Part shown: positions 27,534 to 36,773 of the stretch, piece after piece
Layout of the letters: every line of letters starts with the position of its first letter
How positions within the stretch are numbered: position 1 is the stretch's first letter
Assembly (NCBI GenBank): GCA_963749075.1
Contig: CAVVLJ010000017.1
Span: 352,001-416,000, forward strand
DNA length: 64,000 nt
Reading direction: 5' to 3'
Source: an uncultured Pseudomonadota bacterium
GTDB taxonomy: Bacteria; Pseudomonadota; Alphaproteobacteria; JACZXZ01
Notes under the pieces: generated by a model
The model's input: only the letters and a program-made list of their open reading frames with translations
Told to the model about the DNA's origin: nothing
Database searches by the model: none
Translations under genes and position numbers: made by a program

Positions 27534-29704
27534 CTGCCGCGGGCGAAGGGCTCTGCCGCCATTGCCTGTTGCCGCTTGGCTTGCGCCCGCTGCGGCGCAC
27601 GATGCGGGGAGAGAGCCGCGCGTTTTGCTGCTACGGCTGCTGCATCGCCGATCAGGTCAAGGGCGGACGCGGCGAGGAGTGGGAAGCGGCGCTGCTCCTC
27701 ATCCGCCTCGGCGTCGGCAGCTTTCTCTCGATGAACATCATGCTGTTCAGCCTGCTCTTTTACGCCGACGCCTTCGCCGCTACCGACGTCCGGGTCGTCC
27801 GCGGCATCGACTTCCTGCTCTGGGCCCTGGCGACGCCGGCGCTTCTCATCCTCGGCGGGCCGTTCCTGCGGGAGAGCTGGGGCAACGCCGCGCGCGGGCG
27901 CCTGACCTCCTCGGCGCTCATCGTGCTCGGCGTCGGCGCCGCCTACCTCTATTCCGTCCTCGTCATTCTGGCCGGCGGCACGCACGTCTATTTCGATACC
28001 GCCGCCATGGTGTTGATGCTGTTCACGCTCGGACGCTATCTCGAGGCGGCCGGGCGCGCCCGCGCCGCGCGCGACCTCGAGCCCCTGCTGGCGGCGGAGA
28101 GCGAGCTCGTGACGGTGGTCGACGGCGAGACGGAGCGGCGCTGCCCGGCGCGCGAGGTCGTCGCCGGGATGCTGGTGCGGGTGAGGCCCGGCGAGCGCAT
28201 CGCCGTCGACGGCACGGTGCTCGAGGGCGAGTCCCATGCCGACGAGGCGGTGATCACGGGAGAGAGCCGTGAAATCGTCAAGCTTGCCGGCGCGCCGGTG
28301 ATCGCCGGCAGCATCAATCTCGACGGCGTCCTCCTCATCCGCTGCGACAGTCCCGGCAACGAGACGCGCTGGGCGCAAATCTGCCGCTCGGTGCGGGAGG
28401 CGCTGTTGCGCCGCAGCCCGATCCAGCGCCTCGCCGACGGCGCGGTGAGCGCCTTCGTGCCCCTCGTGCTGCTGCTCGCGGGCGCGACCGTGCTCTATTG
28501 GGCGACGCGGCTGCCCTTCGACGGCGCCCTGCTCGCCGGGCTCGCCGTGCTGGTGGTGGCCTGCCCCTGCGCGGTCGGCCTCGCGGCACCTCTGGCGAGC
28601 TCGCTCGGCATCGGCCGCCTGGCGCGGCACGGCTGTCTCGTGCGCAGCCCCGGCGCGCTCGAGAGCCTCGCCCGCACGCGCCTGCTTGCCTTCGACAAGA
28701 CCGGGACGCTGACCGCCGGCAGGCCGCGGCTCGTCGGCATCGCGTGCGCGGCCGCGGAGAGCGGCGACGTGCTCGCCCGCGCCGCTGGCCTCGAGCGCCA
28801 TTCCGAGCATGCGCTCGCGCGCGCCGTCACCGCCGCGGCTGCGGCGCGCGGGCTCCAACCGGCGCCCGCCCGCGAGGTCCGCGTCATCGCGGGCCGCGGC
28901 ATCCGGGGCAGCGTCGGCGGAGAGACGGTGGCAGCCGGCAGCCATGTCTTGATGGAGGCGCTCGGCTGGCCGCTGCCGCCGACCCTCGCCGAGCGCGCGC
29001 TAGAGCTTGAAGCGGACGGTCATTCGGCGATCTATGTCGGCTGGGGCGGGCGAGTTCGCGCCCTGCTCTCCTTCGCTGACACCCCGCTCCCCGAGGCCCG
29101 CGCCACGGTCGCGGCACTCGGCCGCCTCGGGCTGCAAGCAGCCCTTCTGACGGGCGATCTCGCCGGCGCCACCGCGCGCGTCGCCGCTGCGGCGGGGATC
29201 GCGGACTGGCAGGCCGGCCTCTCGCCCGAAGCCAAGCGCGCGAGCCTTGAGCGGCGGCGTCAAGGGGGCGGCCTGACGGCGATGGTCGGCGACGGGCTCA
29301 ACGACGGCCCGGCGCTGGCGGGAGCGGACGTCGGCATCGCCGTCGGCAGTGCCACGGATCTCGCGCGCGAGACCGCGGATCTCGTGCTCCCTCCGGGCGG
29401 GCTGTGGATGCTGCCCTGGATCGTCGGCCTGGCGCGGGCGGTGCGCGGGACCATCCTGGCCAACCTGGCCTGGGCCTTCGGCTACAACCTCATTGCCCTC
29501 GCCTGCGCAGCACTCGGACTGCTGCAGCCGATGCTGGCGGCCGGGATCATGGCCGGTTCGAGCATCCTCGTGGTGATGAATTCGCTGCGCTTGGAGCGCT
29601 ATCCCGATCCGGTTCCTTTCGGCACCCCGGCGCCTGACCGCGCGCAAGCGCGGCGCGCCGGCGGGGAGCCGGTCGCGAGCGCTGCGGCGCTCGAGCACGT
29701 TTGA
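27530..29704 (+). CDS. Heavy-metal P1B ATPase (CcoI-like Cu transporter)
   Basis: N-terminal CRHC and FCCYGC, YFDT, TGES, ACPCA, FDKTGT, MVGDGLND, WAFGYN. Confidence 0.92.
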   Translation: MTAAGEGLCRHCLLPLGLRPLRRTMRGESRAFCCYGCCIADQVKGGRGEEWEAALLLIRLGVGSFLSMNIMLFSLLFYADAFAATDVRVVRGIDFLLWALATPALLILGGPFLRESWGNAARGRLTSSALIVLGVGAAYLYSVLVILAGGTHVYFDTAAMVLMLFTLGRYLEAAGRARAARDLEPLLAAESELVTVVDGETERRCPAREVVAGMLVRVRPGERIAVDGTVLEGESHADEAVITGESREIVKLAGAPVIAGSINLDGVLLIRCDSPGNETRWAQICRSVREALLRRSPIQRLADGAVSAFVPLVLLLAGATVLYWATRLPFDGALLAGLAVLVVACPCAVGLAAPLASSLGIGRLARHGCLVRSPGALESLARTRLLAFDKTGTLTAGRPRLVGIACAAAESGDVLARAAGLERHSEHALARAVTAAAAARGLQPAPAREVRVIAGRGIRGSVGGETVAAGSHVLMEALGWPLPPTLAERALELEADGHSAIYVGWGGRVRALLSFADTPLPEARATVAALGRLGLQAALLTGDLAGATARVAAAAGIADWQAGLSPEAKRASLERRRQGGGLTAMVGDGLNDGPALAGADVGIAVGSATDLARETADLVLPPGGLWMLPWIVGLARAVRGTILANLAWAFGYNLIALACAALGLLQPMLAAGIMAGSSILVVMNSLRLERYPDPVPFGTPAPDRAQARRAGGEPVASAAALEHV

Positions 29705-29741
29705 ACATTTGCCGCCATGGCAAAGGGAAAAGGACCGAAAA

Positions 29742-30803
29742 GTGGCAGACGATCTTAGGGTGGACGGGTCGAGGGAGCCTGCGGAGGTTGCCGGCTTCGG
29801 GCACGGCTTCCGCGCGGTCCATGGCGCCCTCGGGCGCTTTCTGCGCCTGCCCCGCCTGCGCCGGGAGGGCGCCTGGCTGCTGGCGGCGCTCGTGCTCGTC
29901 GGCTGGGTGGCGACCGGCATCTATAAAGTGCAGCCCGACGAGCAGGGCCTGGTGCTGCGCTTCGGCCATTGGATCGCGACCGAGCCGCCGGGGCTGCACT
30001 ACCACCTGCCCTATCCGGTCGAGAGGGTGCTGCTGCCGAGGGTCACCAGCATGAACGAGATGCGCATCGGCGGCGGCACGCCCGGCCTCTCCATCGGCGC
30101 GAGCCACATGCTGACCGGCGATGAGAATCTGGTCGAGGCCGAATATTCGGTATTCTGGGAGGTCAAGGACGCCGGGCGCTATCTCTTCGCGATGAGCGAT
30201 CCGGTTGGCATGCTGCGCACCGCCGCCGAGAGCGCGCTGCGCGACGTGATCGGGCGCAATCCCATCCTCTCCGCAATGTCCGACAAGCGCCAGCAGATCG
30301 CCGATGCCACCAAGGATGAGCTGCAGCGCTTGCTGAGCGCGCATCATGCCGGCATCCAGATCGTCCACGTCCAGTTGCAGCGCGTCGATCCGCCCGCGGC
30401 GGTGATTGATGCCTTCAACGACGTGCAGCGCGCCCGCGCCGACCAGGAGCGCGCTCGCAATGAGGCCGAAGCCTACCGCAACGACATCCTTCCCCGCGCC
30501 CGCGGCGAGGCCCAGCACATCATCCAGGACGCGGAGGCCTACAAGGCGCAGGTCGTGGCCGAGGCCAAGGGCGAGCTGCAAAACTACCTCGCGACCTACG
30601 CCGCCTACGGGGTCTCGCCCGAGGTGGTGTCGTGGCGGCTCTACCTCGACAGCGTGGATCAGATGCTGCGCAAGGCAGGCAAGGTCGTCATCGATTCCTC
30701 GGGCAAGGGTGTCGCGGGCGTGGTGACCTACATGCCGCTTGCCGACCTGCCGCACCCCGGGCGTCCCGAGAGCGGCGCAGACACGAAGGGGGCGCCGAAA
30801 TGA
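29742..30803 (+). CDS. hflK: HflK-family SPFH protein
   Basis: PGLHYHLPYPVE, MLTGDENLV, VDPP..VIDAFNDVQRA, NEAEAYRNDILPRARGEA. Confidence 0.9.
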   Translation: MADDLRVDGSREPAEVAGFGHGFRAVHGALGRFLRLPRLRREGAWLLAALVLVGWVATGIYKVQPDEQGLVLRFGHWIATEPPGLHYHLPYPVERVLLPRVTSMNEMRIGGGTPGLSIGASHMLTGDENLVEAEYSVFWEVKDAGRYLFAMSDPVGMLRTAAESALRDVIGRNPILSAMSDKRQQIADATKDELQRLLSAHHAGIQIVHVQLQRVDPPAAVIDAFNDVQRARADQERARNEAEAYRNDILPRARGEAQHIIQDAEAYKAQVVAEAKGELQNYLATYAAYGVSPEVVSWRLYLDSVDQMLRKAGKVVIDSSGKGVAGVVTYMPLADLPHPGRPESGADTKGAPK

Positions 30804-31681
30804 AGCGCTTTCTGCTGCCCTTGGCACTCGCCGTCGCCGCCGGTGCTGCGTTCATCCTGCCCGCGATCTTCTATACCGTGGGCGAGACGGATCAGGCTCT
30901 GGTCACGCGCTTCGGCCGGCCGATCGCCGTCGTCACCGCTCCCGGGCTCCATGCCAAGCGGCCCTTCGTCGACAACGTCACCTTCTACGACGCGAGGCTG
31001 CTGCCGCTGGACCCGCCCACCGAGCAGATCATCCTCGGCGATCAGAAGCGGATCGAGGTCGACACCTACACGTGGTTCCGCATCGTCGATCCGCTGCGCT
31101 TCTACCAGTCGGTGCATACGCTGGAGCAGGCGCGCTCGCAATTGACGCAACTCGTCGGCTCGTCGCTGCGCCGCGAATTGGGACAGGTGGCGCTCCCGGC
31201 GCTCCTGACGGAGCAGCGCGAGACGATCACCTCCGTCATCCGGAAAGAAGTGGCGGACAAGGCGCGTCCGCTCGGCATCGAGGTCGCCGACGTGCGCATC
31301 CATCGCGCCGATCTGCCGCCCGAGACCAGCCAGGCGATCTACGACCGCATGAAGTCGGAACGCCAGCGCGATGCCAAGGAGCTGCGCGCCCAGGGTTACG
31401 AGTGGGCGCAGGAAATCAAGAGCCGGGCGGACAAGGAGCGCACGGTGATCCTCGCGGAGGCGGAGCGGCAGAGCACCATCACGCGCAGCGAGGGCGACGC
31501 CGAGGCGAACCGGCTGTTCGGCGAGGCCTTCGCCAAGGACACCAAGTTCTTCACCTTCTACCGCGCCATGCAGACCTATCGGCGGGCGCTGGCGGATGCG
31601 GCGCCGACCTTGATTCTCTCGCCGGATGCGCAGTTCCTGCGCTACCTCGGCGGCGGCCCCCTGGCGAAGCCCGCGCCATGA
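30800..31681 (+). CDS. hflC: HflC-family SPFH protein
   Basis: QALVTRFGRP, DQKRIEVD...FRIVDPLRFYQSV, RADLP...SQAIYDRMKSER, FFTFYRAM. Confidence 0.9.
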   Translation: MKRFLLPLALAVAAGAAFILPAIFYTVGETDQALVTRFGRPIAVVTAPGLHAKRPFVDNVTFYDARLLPLDPPTEQIILGDQKRIEVDTYTWFRIVDPLRFYQSVHTLEQARSQLTQLVGSSLRRELGQVALPALLTEQRETITSVIRKEVADKARPLGIEVADVRIHRADLPPETSQAIYDRMKSERQRDAKELRAQGYEWAQEIKSRADKERTVILAEAERQSTITRSEGDAEANRLFGEAFAKDTKFFTFYRAMQTYRRALADAAPTLILSPDAQFLRYLGGGPLAKPAP

Positions 31682-31723
31682 ACGCGCGTTGCGGCGGCGC
31701 CGTTCGGCTGTCGGCCTGAGGAG

Positions 31724-32971
31724 GTGGCCGTGCCTTCTTCCGTCATCGCCGCGCGCCCCTCCTGGCGCCGGCTGGCTTTTGTGGTTGGGCCCGGATTGGT
31801 GGCGATGCTGGCCGATACCGACGCCGGCAGCGTGATCACCGTGGCGCAGAGCGGGGCACAGTGGCAATACCGGCTTTTGCTGCTGCAATTCCTGCTCATT
31901 CCGGCGATGTTCATGGCGCAGGAGCTCGCCGGGCGCATCGGGATGTGCACCGGCAAGGGATGCGCCGAACTCATCCTCGCGCGGTTCGGTCGTGCCTGGG
32001 CCGCGCTCGCCATCGCGGCGCTTGCGATCAGTTGCTTTGGCGCGCTGGTCACCCAGATGAGCGGGCTTGCCGGCGCGGCCCGGGTCTTCGGCGTGCCGGT
32101 GTGGCAAGGCGTCACTCTCGCCGTGGCGATGATCTTCGTCATGGTCGTCACAGGGTCCTACCGGTCGGTCGAGCGCATCGCGATCTTTCTCGGCCTGTTC
32201 GAGCTGGCATTTGTGGTGGTCGCCTGGAGGGCCGCGCCGAACATCGGGGAGATGGCCACCCAGCTTGTCCAGATGCCGCTGGGCGACGCCAACTATCTTT
32301 ATCTGCTCGCGGCCAATCTCGGTACCGGCGTGATCCCCTGGACGATTCTCTACCAGCAATCGGCGAGCGTCGATAAGGGATTGACGCGAGACGACATCCG
32401 CGGAGCCCGAATCGAGACATTGGCGGGAGTGATTTTGTGCCAGGTGGTGACCTCCGCAATGTTGGTGGCGGCGGGAGCGGCGTTGTACGAAAGAAGCGCC
32501 GACACTGGCCTCATGGACATCGGGGACATCGCCAACGCCTTTACTCCGGTGCTCGGCGACACGGTGGGCCGCGTGGTGTTCGCTCTCGGCCTCTGCGGCG
32601 GGGCCCTGGTGGCAACCGTGGTCGTGTGCCTCACCTCGGCATGGGCGATCGGCGAGGTGCTGGGGCTGCGGCATTCGCTGGAGCATCGCCCCGCCGAGGC
32701 GCCCTGGTTCTATGGCGCCTTCGGGGCGATCCTCTTGGCCGGCGGCATGATCGTGGACTCGGGCATCAATCTGGTGGCTCTGGCCATCGCTGCCGGCGTC
32801 GTCAATGCGCTGCTGCTGCCCGTGGTCCTCGGCTTCCAGTACCGGCTGGCGCGCACGGTGCTGGCGGCGCCCGACCGGCTCAAGGGCTGGTACGCCGTCG
32901 TCGTCGGCGTGATTTTCTTCCTCACCAGCGCTGTAGGAGTTTTCGCGGGGCTCCTCGGGGCGTTCGGATGA
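31724..32971 (+). CDS. NRAMP-family divalent metal transporter
   Basis: GPGLVAMLADTDAGS, QELAGRIG..TGKG, GTGVIPW...YQQS. Confidence 0.88.
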   Translation: MAVPSSVIAARPSWRRLAFVVGPGLVAMLADTDAGSVITVAQSGAQWQYRLLLLQFLLIPAMFMAQELAGRIGMCTGKGCAELILARFGRAWAALAIAALAISCFGALVTQMSGLAGAARVFGVPVWQGVTLAVAMIFVMVVTGSYRSVERIAIFLGLFELAFVVVAWRAAPNIGEMATQLVQMPLGDANYLYLLAANLGTGVIPWTILYQQSASVDKGLTRDDIRGARIETLAGVILCQVVTSAMLVAAGAALYERSADTGLMDIGDIANAFTPVLGDTVGRVVFALGLCGGALVATVVVCLTSAWAIGEVLGLRHSLEHRPAEAPWFYGAFGAILLAGGMIVDSGINLVALAIAAGVVNALLLPVVLGFQYRLARTVLAAPDRLKGWYAVVVGVIFFLTSAVGVFAGLLGAFG

Positions 32972-33900
32972 CGGGCGAACTTTCCTGGCTGGGCCGCTCG
33001 CTGCAGATTCTCGTCGTCGACCTGCTGCTCGCCGGCGACAATGCGATCGCCATCGCACTCGTCTGCCGGTCGCTGCCGCAGGAGTGGTTGACCAGGGCCA
33101 GCCTGCTCGGCGCGGCGAGCGCCTTCGTGCCGCGCTTGTTGCTCACCGGCGTGGCGGCGAGGCTGATGGAGGTTCCCGGCTTGCGGCTGGTCGGCGCGGT
33201 GCTGCTGGCGATCATTGCCGTCAATCTCGTCGCCGCGCATGGCGAACCCGGCGAAGCGGGCACGACGGAGCGCAGCGCCGCCCCCGCCGCGAGTTTGTGG
33301 GCCGCGGGCATGGCGATCGCCGTCGTCAATCTGGCCATGAGCCTCGACAATACCGTGGCCCTCGCCGCGGTCTCCCAGGGCAGCATGCTCTACTTGGCGC
33401 TGGGTCTGGCCTTGAGCATCCCGATCCTGATGTTCGGCAACGTGGCACTGGTGATGCTGTTCCGCCGCCATCCGGGGCTGGTGGCGGCGGGCGGCGCCAT
33501 GCTCGGCTGGTGCGCCGGCGACATGGCGGCTTCCGACCCGCTCGTCCTGCCGTGGATGACGGCACAGGCACCGGCGCTGAGCGTCGTCGTTCCCATGCTG
33601 GTGGCGGTCTATGTGCTGGTGCAGGCCCGCTTCACCGTCGCGACACCCTACAGCGCCGAGCCGATCGCAACGCGGATCGTAAGCCAGCAGCCGCTGCCGC
33701 CGCGTCTCAATGCCGCCGCGGTTCCGGCGGCGGCGCCGGCTCGGCGGCCGCCGCGAGCGGTGCGGCGCGCTGCCGCGGGTGCCGCGCAGCAGCCAGCGGC
33801 TCGCCGAGCCAGCCGGAAAGAGCGCCTCGTCGTCTTCGGCCTTCTCTCCCTCGTCGTCGTCGCGGGCATCGTCCTGGGATACGTCTGGAGCATTGCCTGA
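32968..33900 (+). CDS. TerC/YjbE-family membrane protein
   Basis: VDLLLAGDNAIAIALVCRSLP, MSLDNTVALAA, GLALSIPILMFG. Confidence 0.88.
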   Translation: MTGELSWLGRSLQILVVDLLLAGDNAIAIALVCRSLPQEWLTRASLLGAASAFVPRLLLTGVAARLMEVPGLRLVGAVLLAIIAVNLVAAHGEPGEAGTTERSAAPAASLWAAGMAIAVVNLAMSLDNTVALAAVSQGSMLYLALGLALSIPILMFGNVALVMLFRRHPGLVAAGGAMLGWCAGDMAASDPLVLPWMTAQAPALSVVVPMLVAVYVLVQARFTVATPYSAEPIATRIVSQQPLPPRLNAAAVPAAAPARRPPRAVRRAAAGAAQQPAARRASRKERLVVFGLLSLVVVAGIVLGYVWSIA

Positions 33901-33926
33901 GCGCGCTCCGCGTATCGGCACCGCGC

Positions 33927-35195
33927 TCAGCCGAACACGTCGTGGGTGAAGGCGGCGTACCAATCCTCCGCCTGGCGCACCGCCCGGGCGCGCACCGCGG
34001 CGCTCTCCTCCACCTTGCTGATGGCGATATCGGCGATCTTGATCGTCCCTTCGCCGGCGCGAAAGACGATGGCGTCGCTCACCGCATCGTCGGGAGCGAG
34101 ATAGGTGAAGCAGGTATTGAACAGCTTCGGCGGCGGGGGCTGGCCGCCGGCAAGCGCCGCGGCGATGGCGAAGGCGCAGACCTTGGCTTGGCTGTTGGCG
34201 GCGAAGGCGGATTTCGGCATCCGGCCGGGGGCAATCGCGTCGCCCACGAGATGGATGCCGGGATGCAACGTCGAAGCGAAGCTCTGCGGGTCGACCGGGC
34301 ACCAGCCGGACTGGTCGGCAAGCCCGGCCTCGAGCGCGAGCCGTCCGGCCGTCTGCGGCGGGATGACGTTGGCGACCGAGGCCTTGTAGGTCTCGCCCGC
34401 CGTCCTGATCGTGCGGCTCTTCGCCTCGACCGCCTCGATGCCGCCGGTGAACTCGGCGGGCAGCCATTCGATCATCCCCGGATAGTGGCGGCTCCAGCCA
34501 TCCTCGAACAGATCCTGCTCGAAGAAGCTGTCCTTGGCGTCGAGAATGAGAATCTTCGCCCGCGGCTTCCGGCGCTGGAAATAGGAGGCGACGAGGGAGG
34601 CGCGCTCGTAAGGCCCCGGCGGGCAGCGGAAGGGCTCGGGTGGTGCCGCGATGATGAAGACGCCGCCATCCTCCATCGCCTCGAGCTGGCTACGCAGCAG
34701 CCGGGTCTGCGGCCCGGCCATCCAGGCATGGGGCATGGTCTCGCTCGCGGCCTTGTCATAGCCGGCGATCGCACCCGGCCTGAAGGAGATCCCCGGGGCG
34801 ACGACGAGACGGTCGTAGGCCAGCCGCTTGCCGCTCGAGAGGCGCACGCTGCGCTTCTCGGGGTCGATCGCCGTGGCCTGGTCATGGACGAGCTTGATGC
34901 CGTGGAGCCGCGCCAGCGCCTCATAGCCGTGGGTGAGCGAGGCGAAGGAGCGCAGCCCGGCGAGATAGAGATTGCTGAAGAAGCACGTGACGTAGTGCTG
35001 CTTCGGCTCGACCAGGGTCACCGCGACCGCCGGGGCGGCGAGGGCGAGATAGCGGGCGACAGTGGCGCCGCCGATGCCGCCGCCGATCACCACCACCCGG
35101 GCCTTGGCGCCGGCGCGCGCCGGCCGCGGCGGGAGGGCGGCGAGGCAGGCAGCGCCGGCGAGGCAGCCGAGCTCGCGCCGCGTCCAGCATCTCAT
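33927..35195 (-). CDS. fccB: Flavocytochrome c sulfide dehydrogenase flavoprotein (FccB/SoxF-like)
   Basis: Tat TRRE; VVVIGGGIGG; FRCPPGPYERAS and NTCFTY (redox cysteines); MPKSAFAANSQAK. Confidence 0.9.
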   Translation of the reverse strand: MRCWTRRELGCLAGAACLAALPPRPARAGAKARVVVIGGGIGGATVARYLALAAPAVAVTLVEPKQHYVTCFFSNLYLAGLRSFASLTHGYEALARLHGIKLVHDQATAIDPEKRSVRLSSGKRLAYDRLVVAPGISFRPGAIAGYDKAASETMPHAWMAGPQTRLLRSQLEAMEDGGVFIIAAPPEPFRCPPGPYERASLVASYFQRRKPRAKILILDAKDSFFEQDLFEDGWSRHYPGMIEWLPAEFTGGIEAVEAKSRTIRTAGETYKASVANVIPPQTAGRLALEAGLADQSGWCPVDPQSFASTLHPGIHLVGDAIAPGRMPKSAFAANSQAKVCAFAIAAALAGGQPPPPKLFNTCFTYLAPDDAVSDAIVFRAGEGTIKIADIAISKVEESAAVRARAVRQAEDWYAAFTHDVFG

Positions 35196-35554
35196 CGCCG
35201 CCGCCCGGCCTTGCCCTCGCTCGCAAGGACATGCGCCACCGTTGCGATCTCGTCCTCGCTGAGCGCCCCGGCGACGGCATGCATGATCTGGCTTTGGCGC
35301 GCCCCCGAGCGGTAGGCGAGGATGGCGCCGGCGAGACTCTTCTCATCCCGGCCGGCGAGCGCGGGAATGGCCTTGCCGCCGCCGCGGGGCAGATGGCAGG
35401 CGGCGCAAGTGGCGGCCAGATAGGCGCCAAGCCCGTCCTCCGCGGCGGGCGCCCGGCACGGGGACGAGAGCAAGGCAGCCGCGGCGAGCGCCAAAGCCAG
35501 GCCGGACCGAGGAATGCGCCGCGGCACCCGGCCCGGATGGGACGCCGCCCTCAT
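35192..35554 (-). CDS. Monoheme cytochrome c subunit of sulfide dehydrogenase
   Basis: LAATCAACH, IPALAG, AYRSG.R..QIM. Confidence 0.85.
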   Translation of the reverse strand: MRAASHPGRVPRRIPRSGLALALAAAALLSSPCRAPAAEDGLGAYLAATCAACHLPRGGGKAIPALAGRDEKSLAGAILAYRSGARQSQIMHAVAGALSEDEIATVAHVLASEGKAGRRR

Positions 35555-35904
35555 GCGCGGACGGTGAGCTGTTGCTCGAGCTTGTAGACGGCGCCGCCGT
35601 CCTCCTCCCAGATGAACTCGAGCCGGCCGCTGTCGCCCGCGCGCACGGTGAACTCGAGGTAGGGGTTGGCGGCCATGGCCTCGTGGAGGTCGACCGTGAA
35701 GACCGCCTCGCCGTTGTAGCGGCAGGTGAATTTGTTGATGATCTTGCGCGGAATGAGCTTGCCGTCGCTGTCGTGCCGCAAGCCGGTCTCCATCGGGTGG
35801 GTGATGAGGGTCCTGACCTGAAAGACCTCGCCCTTTGCCACTGCGCCCGGCGCCTGCACGCGCGGCGAGGGTACCGCCTCCCTGCGGCCCTCAGGCGCAG
35901 CCAT
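35551..35904 (-). CDS. soxZ: Sulfur carrier protein SoxZ
   Basis: VRTLITHPMETGLR.D.DGKLIPRKII, NPYLEF. Confidence 0.92.
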   Translation of the reverse strand: MAAPEGRREAVPSPRVQAPGAVAKGEVFQVRTLITHPMETGLRHDSDGKLIPRKIINKFTCRYNGEAVFTVDLHEAMAANPYLEFTVRAGDSGRLEFIWEEDGGAVYKLEQQLTVRA

Positions 35905-36355
35905 TGGTATCCACCTTGACCCAGGTCTTGGTCATCAGGAGCCCGTCGTCGCTCATCTCCGCCACTGCGAGGACGAACTGCGGCTCGGCGAGGCGAATGC
36001 GGGTGGAGACGTGCGCCCGCCCGCTCTGCGGCGTGAAGTGGAAGTCGGCGACCTCGATGATCGGATTGCGTGGCGCTATCACGCGAACGCGCCTCACGTG
36101 GTCGGCCTCGGTCATCGGGCTGTCGACCTCGAGGGTGAGCGGCACGGTGTAACCGCTCGGGAAAGATGACGGCATCAGCAGACGAACGCGGCTCGACGCC
36201 GTGGGCACCCTGCCCGTCAGGCGCTGCAACAGCTCGCTCGCCTCGTCATCCGCGCGCGCGCGCAACGCCAGGAGAAGCGCGACGCCCGTCAGCCCCGCAC
36301 CACCCACGCCCGTGGCCGCCAACAAGGCGCGCCGCGTCAGACCGGCTCTCCGCAT
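35891..36355 (-). CDS. soxY: SoxY-like sulfur carrier with variant C-terminal arm
   Basis: Tat TRRALL; VPLTLEVDSPMTEADHV, RNP, VSTRIRLAE.Q.V.AVAEMSD; ends VKVDTNGCA. Confidence 0.85.
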   Translation of the reverse strand: MRRAGLTRRALLAATGVGGAGLTGVALLLALRARADDEASELLQRLTGRVPTASSRVRLLMPSSFPSGYTVPLTLEVDSPMTEADHVRRVRVIAPRNPIIEVADFHFTPQSGRAHVSTRIRLAEPQFVLAVAEMSDDGLLMTKTWVKVDTNGCA

Positions 36356-36452
36356 GAGCGCAACCCTTGTCGAACTCACAGCCCCGTCTCGGGAAGCGCC
36401 GAGGCGGCACAGCCCCATCCTACTCCCAGGCTCGCGCTGGCCACCGCATAAG

Positions 36453-36480
36453 TCTTTGGCGAGTCCCTGGAATTTTCTGG
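36453..36480 (-). promoter_or_regulatory. Shared upstream motif, copy 3
   Basis: TCTTTGGCGAGTCCCTGGAATTTTCTGG; 25/27 identical to the reverse complement of copy 2; about 95 bp upstream of soxY. Confidence 0.8.
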
Positions 36481-36773
36481 AATAAACTGGAATCGCCAGC
36501 CCGCCCCAGCGCGAGCGCCAGCACCGATCAGAAATCCGCCGGCGTGCAGGCCGCCCGTCCGCTCGGCAACTTGCTGATTTAGCGAGAAAAAGCTCCCCCG
36601 GCCCTGGCCCGCGTCGGCGCTGGGGCAGCGCTCGCGATCGCGCGACGACACGGCAAGCATCACGCGGCGCACGGGTGGCCGTTTGACGAATCCAGGCTGA
36701 ATCCCTCTCTTATGTGTGTTAAGCTGCACTTTGGAAACGCTCTAAGAACTCCACAATAAATAAGGAGCGGGGC

